From Nemertoderma westbladi (taxonomy: Eukaryota; Animalia; Xenacoelomorpha): 64,000 nucleotides of DNA. The notes under the pieces were generated by a model that saw only the letters and a list, made by a program, of their open reading frames with translations, was not told the DNA's origin and searched no databases. Positions 12,378-26,154 of this stretch are shown here, piece after piece; the stretch's first letter is position 1, and the number at the start of each line of letters is the position of its first letter. The position numbers and the translations under genes are program-made. The stretch lies in assembly GCA_032718475.1 (NCBI GenBank), contig JAUCBJ010001457.1, positions 98,919-162,918 of the forward strand, given 5' to 3'.

Positions 12378-14006
12378 GGTTGTAGTTATATTGTACCGTC
12401 ACCGTCACTGCAGATTTATTCATTGAAATTGAAACTTTTTGTTAATGGACAGCAGGTGTAGGTACCGGTACCGCAACTCTATTTATTCTCTTTCTGACCA
12501 ATCATTAGCTAGTACACCTACACACATATATATTTGGTGTTTGCGTCATTAACTCATTATTTTATATCTCGGGATCAACTTTTCCATCATATAAAAATCG
12601 GTACATTTCCGGTCCTCCATAGTGCTGTTAGCTTTATAGGATGTTCAAAAACTTGCTAAATAAATCGCTTTCCCAAAATGAAACATAGTAGAGTTATTTT
12701 ATATTATCATTTATCAAGAATATATCCCCGGTAAACATTTATATATTCATCTGGTGTTGTGGCGTGGATCAACCCCTGATTAAAGACCCCCACCCTTTTG
12801 GTAAAGGGGCAGGTTGAAGTTGGTGTGACCGGATTAGAGAATCGACTTAGTTGGATTTCCCAGAGGATATTCTCCGCGTATAGTGGGGATTATAGGGGGG
12901 CGTCTTGATTGCAACTTCTACACCCCCAGTGCATCTGAATGTACAAAAATGTCTTAGTCTGTCTGACTGTAAATCACAACAATTCGAGTTTACAACAATA
13001 ATTATGTACACCATAAAATCGATAAACATTAATGTTTGGAAATGTTGTGAATTTGGGATATTATTTTGATTTGTTTTAATTTGGTGAGTATTTGGCGTCC
13101 TGTGTGAGTTTTATATTGAAACTGTGGAAAGACTCAATTAATATTGTTTTGGGTATTTGGTGCATTTAATTATAGTTTCGTTTATTTTCTCAATTTGGTT
13201 GGTTATTCTGTCGAAAGGGTGTAGTAAATTTTGAGTCAAGTCAAAATGTGTCAATTTTGACAGTAAAAAATTTTCGAGTCAAATTTTATTTATTTTTTTA
13301 CATATATTATCTAATTTAATTTTGTTTCTTATTCGTGTGAGTTGGTATGCCTTAAGTCTTGCCCGTAAATACAATAAACCGATTGATCAGTAATAAGTTT
13401 ACAGTGCCTTATAGAGCTTCTATTGAAGTTTTGTATTTTTTTTTAGGATATCAGATGTTATTTATTTGTGATTAAACATTTATATTATATATTCAATATC
13501 GTTCAGGAATAATAATTATTAATCTCTAGCAATATGATATCGTACTAATACTGTGTTTATCCATTTACCGGTACAGAGATTCGCAGTAGATAATGAACAC
13601 CAACAATAATTGTCGCAGTTATAATAATGAAATTGATATTTTTAGTAATTAAATAATTGATATTTTTAAATTATGTGCAAATAATTTTACAATCTGGAAT
13701 AACTATGTAGATTCTGGCGTGTAAAGTAGCACTAATATGTGCAGATTTGAGTGGTTTGTTGTGGTGTGTTGTGACGAACGAACATAGTGAGCGATTAAAA
13801 TTAAAGCCACGAGAATCGGAACACTGAACTATTTATCTAGTTTATTATTCCAAATTGTAACATTTTACGAAACTTCTAGAGCTGTGAGGTTTACATTACT
13901 TATCCGTTGAATGTACAGCTCTATGATATGTTCTACTTTAAAGGTATAAAGTACAATACGCTGTTGAGACTAACGGTGTTACAATTTTGGAATAAAATTA
14001 CTAAAA

Positions 14007-14265
14007 AATTAAAGGTGTAATATTATGGTTTTGTTCAGAAGTGGAAAAAATGCGAATAAATGCGAGAATATATGCAACTTGACTGCCCGTTCAATAGAAG
14101 TGGATTAGGTGAGAGTGTGAGTGTCAGGGGCTAGTGGCTGAGCTGGTTAGCGCTACTGATGAGGCCTGTTAGGCCGAAACGTACGTAGCACTGATTCAAC
14201 CCCCGGTGACGCGCTTTCGCATTTTTTCCACTTCTGAACAAAATCATAATATTACACCTTTAATT
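14007..14265 (+). mobile_element. Probable Penelope-like element terminal remnant: 50-bp inverted repeat enclosing a hammerhead motif
   Basis: 14007-14056 and 14216-14265 are reverse complements with 1 mismatch. A hammerhead core lies between them. Confidence 0.55.
14145..14196 (+). ncRNA. Type I minimal hammerhead ribozyme motif (possibly degenerate at the cleavage site)
   Basis: CTGATGA (14156-14162), stem II GGCCT-GTT-AGGCC, GAAAC, palindromic ACGTACGT, and stem I GGTTAGCGCTA/TAGCACTGATT. Confidence 0.7.
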
Positions 14266-15086
14266 ACAGTTGCAACAGCTCATCTCCACTTTATTTAAAA
14301 AATTAAAGGAATATTAACTCTATTACAAGTTATTGGGGAAAAATAAATTCATAAAAAATTCGATTTTGGATTTTAAACTCCATTTAGGCCTACTTATACT
14401 ACACAGTATTGGCAACCTATTGAACAAATCATTAAGCTGTCATTTGGTCGTTTTCTAAACTTTTGGAGGCTAATAATTCCAAACTAATGCACGTAATGGA
14501 AATCCTTTTACTGAGTTACACCTAGTGTATATTAGAAAATTTATTTATGTTTTATTAAAATCCAGGCATCATATAGGTAGACATTCATCAAAAAATAATA
14601 ATTGTAAATTTATGTTTATCTTAATTTTTTATATGAAAGTGTAAAATTTATTTTAATATATGTAAATATTTAAATTAAAAAATTTAATAGTTCATTAATA
14701 TTAAAAATACAATTATCTTACATGCCACGATCTTATCAATAAAAAAATATATTTATATTTTTGAAACAAATCTAATTTTGTTTATAATGTAATTCTTAGG
14801 AGGTGAAGGTACAACGTATGTTATAAAGAAGGGTGGTAATAAGGGCTACCAATTTCCAAGATTTGGCCGATAAAAAAGAAAAGCCACTATGGGGTAAGTT
14901 ATACTTATACTGTTATAGTATATTGCAAGTAAATTCTATTAGATCATCTGTGACACATGTTATTTTTGTTACAATGTTATTACCGAGTGCCACACATTCT
15001 CTCCTTTTCTATAAGTGGTTTTATGTAACAGGTGGATAAGTCAGATATTTTGTCACCTTCATCAAGGTTGTTAACTGGTCAATCCC

Positions 15087-18000
15087 TGGTGAACGGTGAA
15101 CTACTGCCGACTAAAGCTGTACTGGCTACTGATATACAGCAGCTCCACTGGTGAACTACTCCCGACTCAAAGCTGTACTGGCTACTGATCTACAGCAGCT
15201 CCACTAGTGAACTACTGCCGACTCAAAGCTGTACTGACTACTGATCTATAGCAGCTCCACTGGTTAACTACTGCCGACTCAAAGCTGTACTGACTACTGG
15301 TCTACTGGTGAACTACTGCCGACTCAAATCTGTACTGGCTACTGATCTAGCAGCTCCACCAGTGAACTACTGCCGACTCAAAGCTGTACTGGCTACTGAT
15401 CTACAACAGCTCCACTGGTGAACTACTGCCGACTCAAAGCTGTACTGGCTACTGATCTACAGCAGCTCCACCAGTGAACTACTGCCGACTCAAAGCTGTA
15501 CTGGCTACTGATCTACAGCAGCTCCACCAGTGAACTACTGCCGACTCAAAGCTGTACTGGCTACTGATCTACAGCAGCTCCACTGGTGAACTACTGCCGA
15601 CTCAAAGCTGTACTGGCTAATGATCTACAGCATCTCCACTGGTGAGCTGCTGCCGAGTCAAAGCTGTACTGACTACTGATGCTGATACAGCAGCTCCACT
15701 GGTGAACTACTCCCGACTCAAAGCTGTACTGGCTACTGATCTACAGCAGCTCCACTGGTGAACTACTGCCGACTCAAAGCTGTACTGGCTACTGATCTAC
15801 AGCAGCTCCACTGGTGAACTACTGCCGACTCAAAGCTGTACTGACTACTGATACTGATACAGCAGCTCCACTGGTGAACTACTGCCGACTCAAAGCTGTA
15901 CTGGCTACTGATCTACAGCAGCTCCACCAGTGAACTACTGCCGACTCAAAGCTGTACTGGCTACTGATCTACAACAGCTCCACTGTTGAACTACTGCCGA
16001 CTCAAATCTGTACTGGCTACTGATCTAGCAGCTCCACTAGTGAACTACTGGTACTGCCGACACAAAGATGTACTGACTACTGATCTACGGCAGCTCCACT
16101 GGTGAACTACTGCCGACTCAAAGCTGCACTGGCTACTGATATACAGCAGCTCCACTGGTGAACTACTGACGACTCAAAACTGTACTGGCTACTGATCTAC
16201 AGCAGCTCCACTGGTGAACTACTGCCGACTCAAAGCTGTACTGGCTACTGATCTATACAGCAACTCCACTGGTGAACTACTGCCGACTCAAAGCTGTACT
16301 GGCTACTGATCTATACAGCAGCTCCACTGGTGAACTACTGCCGACTCAAAGCTGTACTGGCTACTGATCTAGCAGCTCCACTGGTGAACTACTGCCGACT
16401 CAAAGCTGTACTGGCTACTGATCTACAGCAGCTCCACTGGTGAACTACTGCCGACTCAAAGCTGTACTGGCTACTGATCTACAGCAGCTCCACTGGTGAA
16501 CTACTGCCGACTCAAAGCTGTACTGACTACTGATCTACAGCAGCTCCCACTAGTGAACAAAGCGGTACTGACTACTGATCTACAGCAGCTCCACTGGTGA
16601 ACTACTGCCGACTCAAAGCTGTACTGGCTACTGATCTACAGCAGCTCCACTGGTGAACTACTGCCGACTCAAAGCTGTACTGGCTACTGATCTACAGCAG
16701 CTCCACTGGTGAACTACTGCCGACTCAAATCTTTACTGGCTACTGATCTACTGGTGAACTACTGCCGACACAAAGCTGTACTGATATACTGGTGAACTAC
16801 TGCCGACTCAAAGCTGTACTGACTACTGGTCAACTGGTGAACTACTGCCGACTCAATGCTGTACTGACCACTGATCTACAGCAGCTCCACTAGTGAACTA
16901 CTGCCGACTCAAATCTGTACTGGCTACTGATCTACTGGTGAACTACTGCCGACTCAAAGCAGTACTGACTACTGATCTACAGCAGCTCCACTGGTGAACT
17001 ACTGCCGACTCAAATCTGTACTGGCTACTGATCTACTGGTGAACTACTGCCGACTCAAAGCTGTACTGACTACTGATCTACAGCAGCTCCACTGGTTAAC
17101 TACTGCCGACTCAAAGCTGTCCTGGCTACTGGTGAACTACTGCCGACTCAAAGCTGTACTGACTACTGATCTACAGCAGCTCCACTGGTTAACTACTGCC
17201 GACTCAAAGCTGTACTGACTACTGGTCTACTGGTGAACTACTGCCGACTCAAAGCTGTACTGGCTACTGATCTACAGCAGCTCCACTGATGAACTACTGC
17301 CGACTCAAAGTTGTACTGACTACTGATCTAGCAGCTCCACTGGTGAACTACTGCCGACTCAAAGCTGTACTGACTACTGATCTACAGCAGCTCCACTGGT
17401 GAACTACTGCCGACTCAAAGCTGTACTGGCTACTGATCTAGCAGCTCCACTGGTGAACTACTGCTGACTCAAAGCTGTACTCACTACTGATCTACAGCAG
17501 CTCCACTGGTGAACTACTGCCGACTCAAAACTGTACTGACTACTGATCTACTGGTGAACTACTGCCGACTCAAAGCTGTACTGACTACTGATCTACAGCA
17601 GCTCCACTGGTTAACTACTGCCGACTCAAAGCTGTACTGACTACTGGTCTACTGGTGAACTACTGCTGACTCAAAGCTGTACTCACTACTGATCTACAGC
17701 AGCTCCACTGGTTAACTACTGCCGACTCAAAGCTGTACTGGCTACTGATCTAGCAGCTCCACTGGTGAACTACTGCCGACACAAAGCTGTACTGACTACT
17801 GATCTAGCAGCTCCACTGGTGAACTACTGCCGACTCAAAGCTGTACTGACTACTGATCTACAGCAGCTCCACTAGTGAACTACTGCCGACTCAAAGCTGT
17901 ACTGACTACTGATCTACAGCAGCTCCACTGGTGAACTACTGCCGACTCAAAGCTGTACTGGCTACTGATCTACTGGTGAACTACTGCCGACTCAAAGCTG

Positions 18001-19998
18001 TACTGACTACTGATCTACAGCAGCTCCACTGGTGAACTACTGCCGACTCAAAGCTGTACTGGCTACTGATCTACAGCAACTCCACTGGTGAACTACTGCC
18101 GACTCAAAACTGCACTGGCTACTGATCTAGCAGCTCCACTGGTGAACTACTGCCGACTCAAAGCTGTACTGGCTACTGATCTACAGCAGCTCCACTGGTG
18201 AACTACTGCCGACTCAAAGCTGTACTGGCTACTGATCTACAGCAGCTCCACTGGTGAACTACTGCCGACTCAAAGCTGTACTGACTACTGATACTGATAC
18301 AGCAGCTCCACTGGTGAACTACTGCCGACTCAAAGCTGTACTGGCTACTGATCTACAGCAGCTCCACCAGTGAACTACTGCCGACTCAAAGCTGTACTGG
18401 CTACTGATCTACAACAGCTCCACTGGTGAACTACTGCCGACTCAAAGCTGTACTGGCTACTGATCTACAGCAGCTCCACCAGTGAACTACTGCCGACTCA
18501 AAGCTGTACTGGCTACTGATCTACAGCAGCTCCACCAGTGAACTACTGCCGACTCAAAGCTGTACTGGCTACTGATCTACAGCAGCTCCACTGGTGAACT
18601 ACTGCCGACTCAAAGCTGTACTGGCTAATGATCTACAGCATCTCCACTGGTGAGCTGCTGCCGAGTCAAAGCTGTACTGACTACTGATGCTGATACAGCA
18701 GCTCCACTGGTGAACTACTCCCGACTCAAAGCTGTACTGGCTACTGATCTACAGCAGCTCCACTGGTGAACTACTGCCGACTCAAAGCTGTACTGGCTAC
18801 TGATCTACAGCAGCTCCACTGGTGAACTACTGCCGACTCAAAGCTGTACTGACTACTGATACTGATACAGCAGCTCCACTGGTGAACTACTGCCGACTCA
18901 AAGCTGTACTGGCTACTGATCTACAGCAGCTCCACCAGTGAACTACTGCCGACTCAAAGCTGTACTGGCTACTGATCTACAACAGCTCCACTGTTGAACT
19001 ACTGCCGACTCAAAGCTGTACTGGCTACTGATCTACAGCAGCTCCACTGGTGAACTACTGCCGACTCAAAGCTGTACTGACTACTGATACTGATACAGCA
19101 GCTCCACTGGTGAACTACTGCCGACTCAAAGCTGTACTGGCTACTGATCTACAGCAGCTCCACCAGTGAACTACTCCCGACTCAAAGCTGTACTGGCTAC
19201 TGATCTACAGCAGCTCCACTGGTGAACTACTGCCGACTCAAAGCTGTACTGGCTACTGATCTACAGCAGCTCCACTGGTGAACTACTGCCGACTCAAAGC
19301 TGTACTGACTACTGATCTACAGCAGCTCCACTGGTTAACTACTGCCGACTCAAAGCTGTACTGACTACTGATCTACAGCAGCTCCACTGGTTAACTACTG
19401 CCGACTCAAAGCTGTACTGACTACTGATGCTGATACAGCAGCTCCACTGGTGAACTACTGCCGACTCAAAGCTGTACTGGCTACTGATCTACAGCAGCTC
19501 CACCAGTGAACTACTGCCGACTCAAAGCTGTACTGGCTACTGATCTACAGCAGCTCCACTGGTGAACTACTGCCGACTCAAAGCTGTACTGACTACTGAT
19601 CTACAGCAGCTCCACTGGTTAACTACTGCCGACTCAAAGCTGTACTGACTACTGATGCTGATACAGCAGCTCCACTGGTGAACTACTGCCGACTCAAAGC
19701 TGTACTGGCTACTGATCTACAGCAGCTCCACCAGTGAACTACTGCCGACTCAAAGCTGTACTGGCTACTGATCTACAACAGCTCCACTGGTGAACTACTG
19801 CCGACTCAAAGCTGTACTGGCTACTGATCTACAGCAGCTCCACCAGTGAACTACTGCCGACTCAAAGCTGTACTGGCTACTGATCTACAGCAGCTCCACT
19901 GGTGAACTACTGCCGACTCAAAGCTGTACTGGCTACTGATCTACATCAGCTCCACTGGTGAACTACTGCCGACTCAAAGCTGTACACTCACACTGGTG
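15087..19998. repeat. Minisatellite, 56-bp unit CTGGTGAACTACTGCCGACTCAAAGCTGTACTGGCTACTGATCTACAGCAGCTCCA with 45-bp deletion variants
   Basis: About 4.9 kb of tandem units. Variants lacking CAGCAGCTCCA cluster at ~16700-18000. Confidence 0.97.
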
Positions 19999-22900
19999 AG
20001 GTGAACTAACGCGGTAAAGTAGAGATAACAGGCTACACTAAATCTACCACGTAGGTATTATTATATTAAAGGTCCCATGTCATGGAAGGCTACAGTATTA
20101 GCTAGTCGTCATGATGTGATGGATGTTTCTATAGTTTTTACTAGTATAATGTTCTCTAATTAACTTCATTACTTTATCGTATAACGTTTTAGACACAACT
20201 GGTGCAACGTTCATTATATATCTTTACAACGCCGGGATCTACATCATTCAACAAAGGGAAAGATACAATGACTCGCATTCATTATATAAACTATGTTCGA
20301 TACTAAAATGTATAAAGATGATTTGCCTTTAGGTATATTAGTTAGGCCTATATCTACATCTGTATAATTAACTGTCAAACATTATAGCGAATATTTGTCT
20401 ATTATAAGATATTGAAATGATATAGCGCTATTTTATTCTTTGTTGGCTATTCTTGTTTAAAATTACAATGATTTCAATTTTCGAAAGTATTTGACATATA
20501 TATAATATATTAATATATGTACGCCCCCAGTCGGGGTAATTCGCCATTATACATAAACTACGTGTGTGTCCTACCCATTTAAACATTGTCTGACTATTTA
20601 TTTATTTATATCAGGCTGTTTGTAATTCTTACATTGATTCTCCAATATCAGGAACATTTGCTATTTTTCAATGAGAGGATTCCGCGGATTGCCCAGTTTA
20701 GCGGAAAATAAAGGACGCTTTGAATGCGTAATAGGGGTGAATTATATAACGTTTTGGCGTTATCGCAAGATGTTTCCCGGAAGTAAGTATTTCTACTGGT
20801 CGGCCTTCCATCAAAGGCAGACTGATACCATTTCAAAAATTATATTGTGTTTATTTTGGCACGGAAATTGCCATCCAAATAGCTTCAGTGTTAAGTGAGT
20901 GGAAAAATTATTTTCAACGAAAAATTTCCAAAATATTTAGTCGAAAACTTAATACTCACCGTTCCGGGAAAACGTGACATTCAATGTAATTAGGATTTTG
21001 TGTCGGGAAATACCAACTCCGCCTCATTTGCTTCAAACAGTCACATTAAACTCAACACCCTTGAAGACCCTAAAGTTTTTTTAGATTTCTCGCTGTCTCT
21101 GTTTCTATCCTCATGCACCCTTTATCGCGTTATACTTCGCTCAAACATAAAAATCCACTAACATCACGCGTGTACGTAACTAATTTATGGCTTTATGACA
21201 GTTTTGCTTTTCAATTGCGTGCCATGGACCGGACAGTTCTGGGGCCTTCGTGCAGGAGAACTGTAGGTAATCATATCAGTGACATGTTATCATAATGTAT
21301 GTAGGCCTACTTATGGTGAGTTACATATAATAAGTATTGGTTTCCGCCCAAGGCTTACTGATACTACAGTATACTGTACTAGGGTGGCTGAATGTGGCCT
21401 CATTAATATAAAAAATTGTTTCTTTTTAAATGTACAAGCAAACCGCGGGTTATTATTCCAAACTCTCGTTTATTGTTTTGGTTCCTTTCAACCCGCCTCT
21501 GCAATCTGTTTCTTTGCTGAGCTAAGTCTGGCTCACAGCCGTTGAGCTTGTACCTTTAAGTGAAACGATTTCTGATATTAAAGTTGTCATATTCATCCAT
21601 TGTATACACCCCAAGGCCATAATGCCATCAGTCAACTGGGGGCGGTGAGGGGGTACGTTTTTTGTAAGATTTATAGCAGAGATTTCCTTACGTTATTACA
21701 ATTTATGCAAAAATACACTTTGGTATGACAGTATAAGTAATTGAAAGTAATGCATCTTACTGTAGCTTATGTTAGTTTTCAATTATGAGATTAATTTATC
21801 ATTCGGAGTGTCATTTTAATCACATCCTACAGCCGTTACCAATTGAAAATTAATGAATAACTTTATTACCCTAATTTAGCAATTCTGTAATACTTAGACC
21901 AAGCGTTTTTCGTTTCATGCGTTTCTCTATCTAGTGCTTCCGACAAACACACAACACATTTCGAAAACAGCCATAGTATAATAATTATAACAATTCAGTG
22001 ATGGATTTAAATGAACAATTCCTTTATTTGTCAGCTTGACTGAATTAAACACATTTGAAATGATGGCTCAGAGTTCGATTACCCCCCTACCATAACGTGT
22101 TCAATTCAACACGTAGTAAGTTTCACCCAAATCAGATCACATCACCTTTTCTAGCACGTTCGCTCTCTCACACAGTATTTTGAAGAAAGTACTTAAACTC
22201 AAATCGATAATTATCTGGGAAATTAGTGTGATGTAAGGTCATCACATCCGGAGTTCGAAGATAGGAAAGAGAGCACCCATGCGACGGTCCAGGAATAAAA
22301 TCCTCTTTGAGTAGATTATATCGATTTTTAAAGTCGATGGTCCAACACAAACACCGCTCGCCTTACCGCCAACGGGATAGGTTGAGCGCCTTACCGCCAA
22401 CGGGATAGCTTGAGCAATGTCTACCTCGGCTTAGGCCTCAACAAACCTATTTATTGATTGCCATCACTCTCGATACCATATAGGGTGTATTGGGACAATA
22501 ATCGTGTGACACTCGGAATACTAAAACTGTTGGGTTAGTAGATCAATGTGTTGATTTATGTAGCAAACGTAGCTAAAGGTATAATATAGCTAAAGGGAGA
22601 CGGAATAGGCGTTGACCAAAGGCCGATAAAACACCAGAATAATATTAAAATGATATCGATAATAATAGAATTTAACAAAAACCATGTTACTTTTCCTTGT
22701 GGAACTCCAATCTAACCTGACTTAACACTCAAACCGGAGGGTTTTGGGCTATTAAACTTGTTCTGTTGATGTTGTGTGGTGGGTGATTAAAGCATACATC
22801 CCCATGGCAGTGAAGTATTAGTAGTGTTAGTGTAGGACGCACGCAGAAACAAATTCTAAGTCCCAATCAGTTATCCAACTTCGCTTGCATTTACCTGATA

Positions 22901-23519
22901 CGCAATTATTTTTGAATTAACTGGGTTCTAAAATTTTGAAAAATAATTCGAACTATTCCTGATTTCTATCAGTAACATCGGATCACAGCTGGCCGCGCCC
23001 TCTTACATTGCCGCTATGGGATAAGTTGCCCTGGGGTCAAAGTTGTAGTACATCGTGAACCACAAGTTTGGGAGAAAAAGTTAAATATATTGGGGCGCTT
23101 TTATCATAATTTAACATCCTAGGCGATGCTTCGTTAATCACAATATAAGTAAACGTAATTATTGAATGGTTTTATCTTGAATAATACGCAGCTGCTTGCG
23201 TGATTATTCTCAGATTTGTTCGTGATTGCTGATACCATCCTACATAGAGGGTTAATCTAGGTAAAGCCCGAACGCGTGAATCTCCAGGGATGTAGCTGAT
23301 ATAACTTTACTACGTCAAATAATGTGGCCTTTGCATACTTAGCAAACAGAGTGTAAGTCTGCGATGTTAACATTCGATAACTTCATAATATATCATATAG
23401 GCTCTCACAACGCAGCAATCTCAAACCCCTGGTGAATCTGAAGAAAGTCACTAAACACAAGGAACCCTCATCACTCCCCACGCAATGCGGCAAGTAGAAC
23501 TAACATGCTTGTAAGGTGC

Positions 23520-24520
23520 ATCTTGCATCAGTCGACATCCAATAACATCGGTTGAGGTCTGAGCATCTACCAGACAATAGGAGTCGTCCTCAGTTCATCG
23601 GATAACAGAGGTGCGGGTGGTGTTGGTCTTCTTATAAAACATACTACCGATGCCGCCTTGGATAAGTTTGGCTGGCCACTTCACCAGTAGAGTCGTCCGC
23701 TGCTACTATTATAAGGTGGAATATGCCAGTGGAAGCCGAACAGGCTTATAGATTGAGCAAATAAAATCGGATCTAGTCAGTGAGCAGACTATTGATGAGT
23801 GGAAGAAGGAACCAACGAGCAAATGTGGCACTAGAAGGACTGATAACTACAAGCTAGGCTGCAATCAAATCACTGTATGACGGATAGATGGAGATACAGA
23901 TTCATTTGAAGTGTAATGGAATGGGGTGTCCTTCAAAGTGAGACACTTTATTATTGTGGTGGACTGCGAATGTGTCTCGACCACCATATTATAGATGAAC
24001 AAAACCAGTCAGTTGCATTAGAATTACGGGATCAATATCATTGGCAGACCTCGACTTTGCAGATGATCTAGGTTTAACAGGCAGTATTCAAAGTTTGTCT
24101 ATTTGTAAACGCAACTAAAATCAAAATACTCACTGTAACCTTGGATTCTCCTCCACCAACACAACGGATATATTGACCCTGGTTGGTCGCGTAGCTGCTG
24201 AAGGCAAGGCTTGGTCTGCATTAAATAATCTATCACTGGTCAATCCGTCGCTGGATGACAATATATTAAGGGCAGCAGTAGAGGTTTTGGTTCTAGATGG
24301 CTGCCCTGCTCGTCTACAGCATAAGACACCAAATCCCTTCATGGTGCATACACCTCAATGCTACACATGGATCATGGTATAAGATACAATGTACGCAGCA
24401 TTATACAGTTTCAGTAGTAACCTATTATTGCCGAAACCCAGCAACACCCTGCAGGCACTACTACCTCTGAAAACTGATCACCCTGTGGCCTGTGCATGAT
24501 ATTGTTGTATGGCAGCCAAG
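23520..24520 (+). mobile_element. Highly decayed RTE-like LINE remnant
   Basis: LADLDFADDLG (24041-24073) and GKAWSALN (~24203) match TDLDFADDLG and GKAWAALN of the copy at 26866-28690. Boundaries are approximate. Confidence 0.5.
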
Positions 24521-24909
24521 ATGAGTTAAATGTTAAAATTGTGGCGGATTATACTTAATTTACAATGCAAAATTTAAATTATTATCATATCAATATACAC
24601 CACTTCCTTATCAGTGATCGATGCCATAATGATATATATTCCATAACATAAACTTAAAAATTAAATTATATAAAATAAAGAGCCAAATTCGAAGAATAAG
24701 TCATTAATATCAACAAATTACAAATATACATATAATATAATAATATGATGCAAAATCGTTAAATGGACAATTAATAATTAAATAATAATTTCTTACAATA
24801 AAAGTTGTCGGAATAATTTCAACATCTACATGAGCCGGTGTCACTTGATAAATTTGACGGGAATTAATCAGCTAGAAAATAAAAGCGAAATCTGAAAGAT
24901 GGGAATTGT

Positions 24910-26154
24910 TTAACGGGAATCCACCGAGTCCGCAGAACACCATTCGTCTTCCGGGTCCGAGTCTGATAGGTTCTCGTCCAAGTCGTTATCAGACTGGGCT
25001 GCAAGGTCGTCGGGCTGTTCTACAGCCAGTCTATTGGAGGAGATCGAACTGCTCCACAGTCGGGGGCTACCCAGCGAGTTGCTAGGCGACACAGTCTTGA
25101 AACACAACCGGATCCGCAGGTCTGCCGGTAGCGACTTGTTGGACTTGTCTTTGTTGGCCTTGTCGAGCTGCCACTTCCGGTACGTTACGAATATCCTTTC
25201 CCCGTCTATAGACTCTGCGTTACCAAGACAACTCCAGCACTCAGAGTATTCCGACTTACAATTGGACATGGGATGGCGGTTGGAGAGAGTTTCCAAGTTT
25301 ACTATGAAGAAAGTGTTAAAGTGAATGTAGAAGAGTTTCTCTTTCTTCATGAGTTTAGTTTTAGAGGAAACCTCTAGTTTAATATCATCGTATATTGGTT
25401 TCAGGTATTCCATATCGCAAACAAGTAGTTTACTCCGGGAGTGATGGTCATAGGGTTGGCTCTGGAAGAGTTTATCCCCTGCTATATTGTAGAGGGCGAG
25501 TACCAAGGAGTAGGAGTAGAGATGGAGTTGGGGGGACTCTAGATGAACGGATTGTAGGACCACGGGGGTTCGTGTGTAGGTTAGAGGGGCGTCCAGACCC
25601 CGCGGGTACAACATCATTCCGTAGTACTCAACGTACCGTCGTTGACTCGGTATCGTAACCCCTTTGCTGTTGGTTGTCCGCGCGTGGCCGTAATAAAACA
25701 AGGCGTCTAATGAATCCTTATAAAGTCCCGTAAAAAGCATATAAGCGCAAATCATAACGCCTGTGCGACCTTTCCCTGCTTTACAATGGATAGCGGCGAC
25801 GTTTTCTGTGTCGGCAGTCAACCACATGTTGATATCTCGAACGCATTCATCCATACTCGATAAAGTAGGTGGGCAGTGATCATCGAAAGGAAAAGACGCC
25901 ATTCTGTTGTGAAATTTTGAGCCGTCATATTGTCTCTCTGAACATAGATTGTATATTTTATAGTGCTTTTCGTGTTTTTGATCTAAAAATCGCAGGACAT
26001 CGTCGATGTTGTTCCGGTACACACCTTCGAGTTTGTCCGCAGGGAATCCCATTGCTATAATATTTGGGATAATATAAGTTAGATCGAGATCGAATCCATC
26101 TTCTTGATAACGCCTCTTCTTCTTCGAGACGGCATTTCGCATCATTCTAGCCAT
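24910..26154 (-). CDS. PTEN: PTEN phosphatidylinositol-3,4,5-trisphosphate 3-phosphatase, intronless, 414 aa
   Basis: VSKKKRRYQEDGFDLDLTYI N-terminus, FPFDDH loop, HCKAGKGRTG P-loop, GVTIPSQRRYV, and a C2 domain with LDKANKDK. Confidence 0.97.
   Translation of the reverse strand: MARMMRNAVSKKKRRYQEDGFDLDLTYIIPNIIAMGFPADKLEGVYRNNIDDVLRFLDQKHEKHYKIYNLCSERQYDGSKFHNRMASFPFDDHCPPTLSSMDECVRDINMWLTADTENVAAIHCKAGKGRTGVMICAYMLFTGLYKDSLDALFYYGHARTTNSKGVTIPSQRRYVEYYGMMLYPRGLDAPLTYTRTPVVLQSVHLESPQLHLYSYSLVLALYNIAGDKLFQSQPYDHHSRSKLLVCDMEYLKPIYDDIKLEVSSKTKLMKKEKLFYIHFNTFFIVNLETLSNRHPMSNCKSEYSECWSCLGNAESIDGERIFVTYRKWQLDKANKDKSNKSLPADLRIRLCFKTVSPSNSLGSPRLWSSSISSNRLAVEQPDDLAAQSDNDLDENLSDSDPEDEWCSADSVDSR

Noticed and set aside
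15087-19998. CRISPR-like regular repeats (also the other arrays)
   Set aside because: No unique spacers, no cas genes, and a eukaryotic context.
20000-23500. Short ORFs, weak inverted repeats and a 28-bp duplication at ~22359-22415
   Set aside because: No motifs, TIR/TSD pairs or coding signal that could be supported. Probably old repeat debris.
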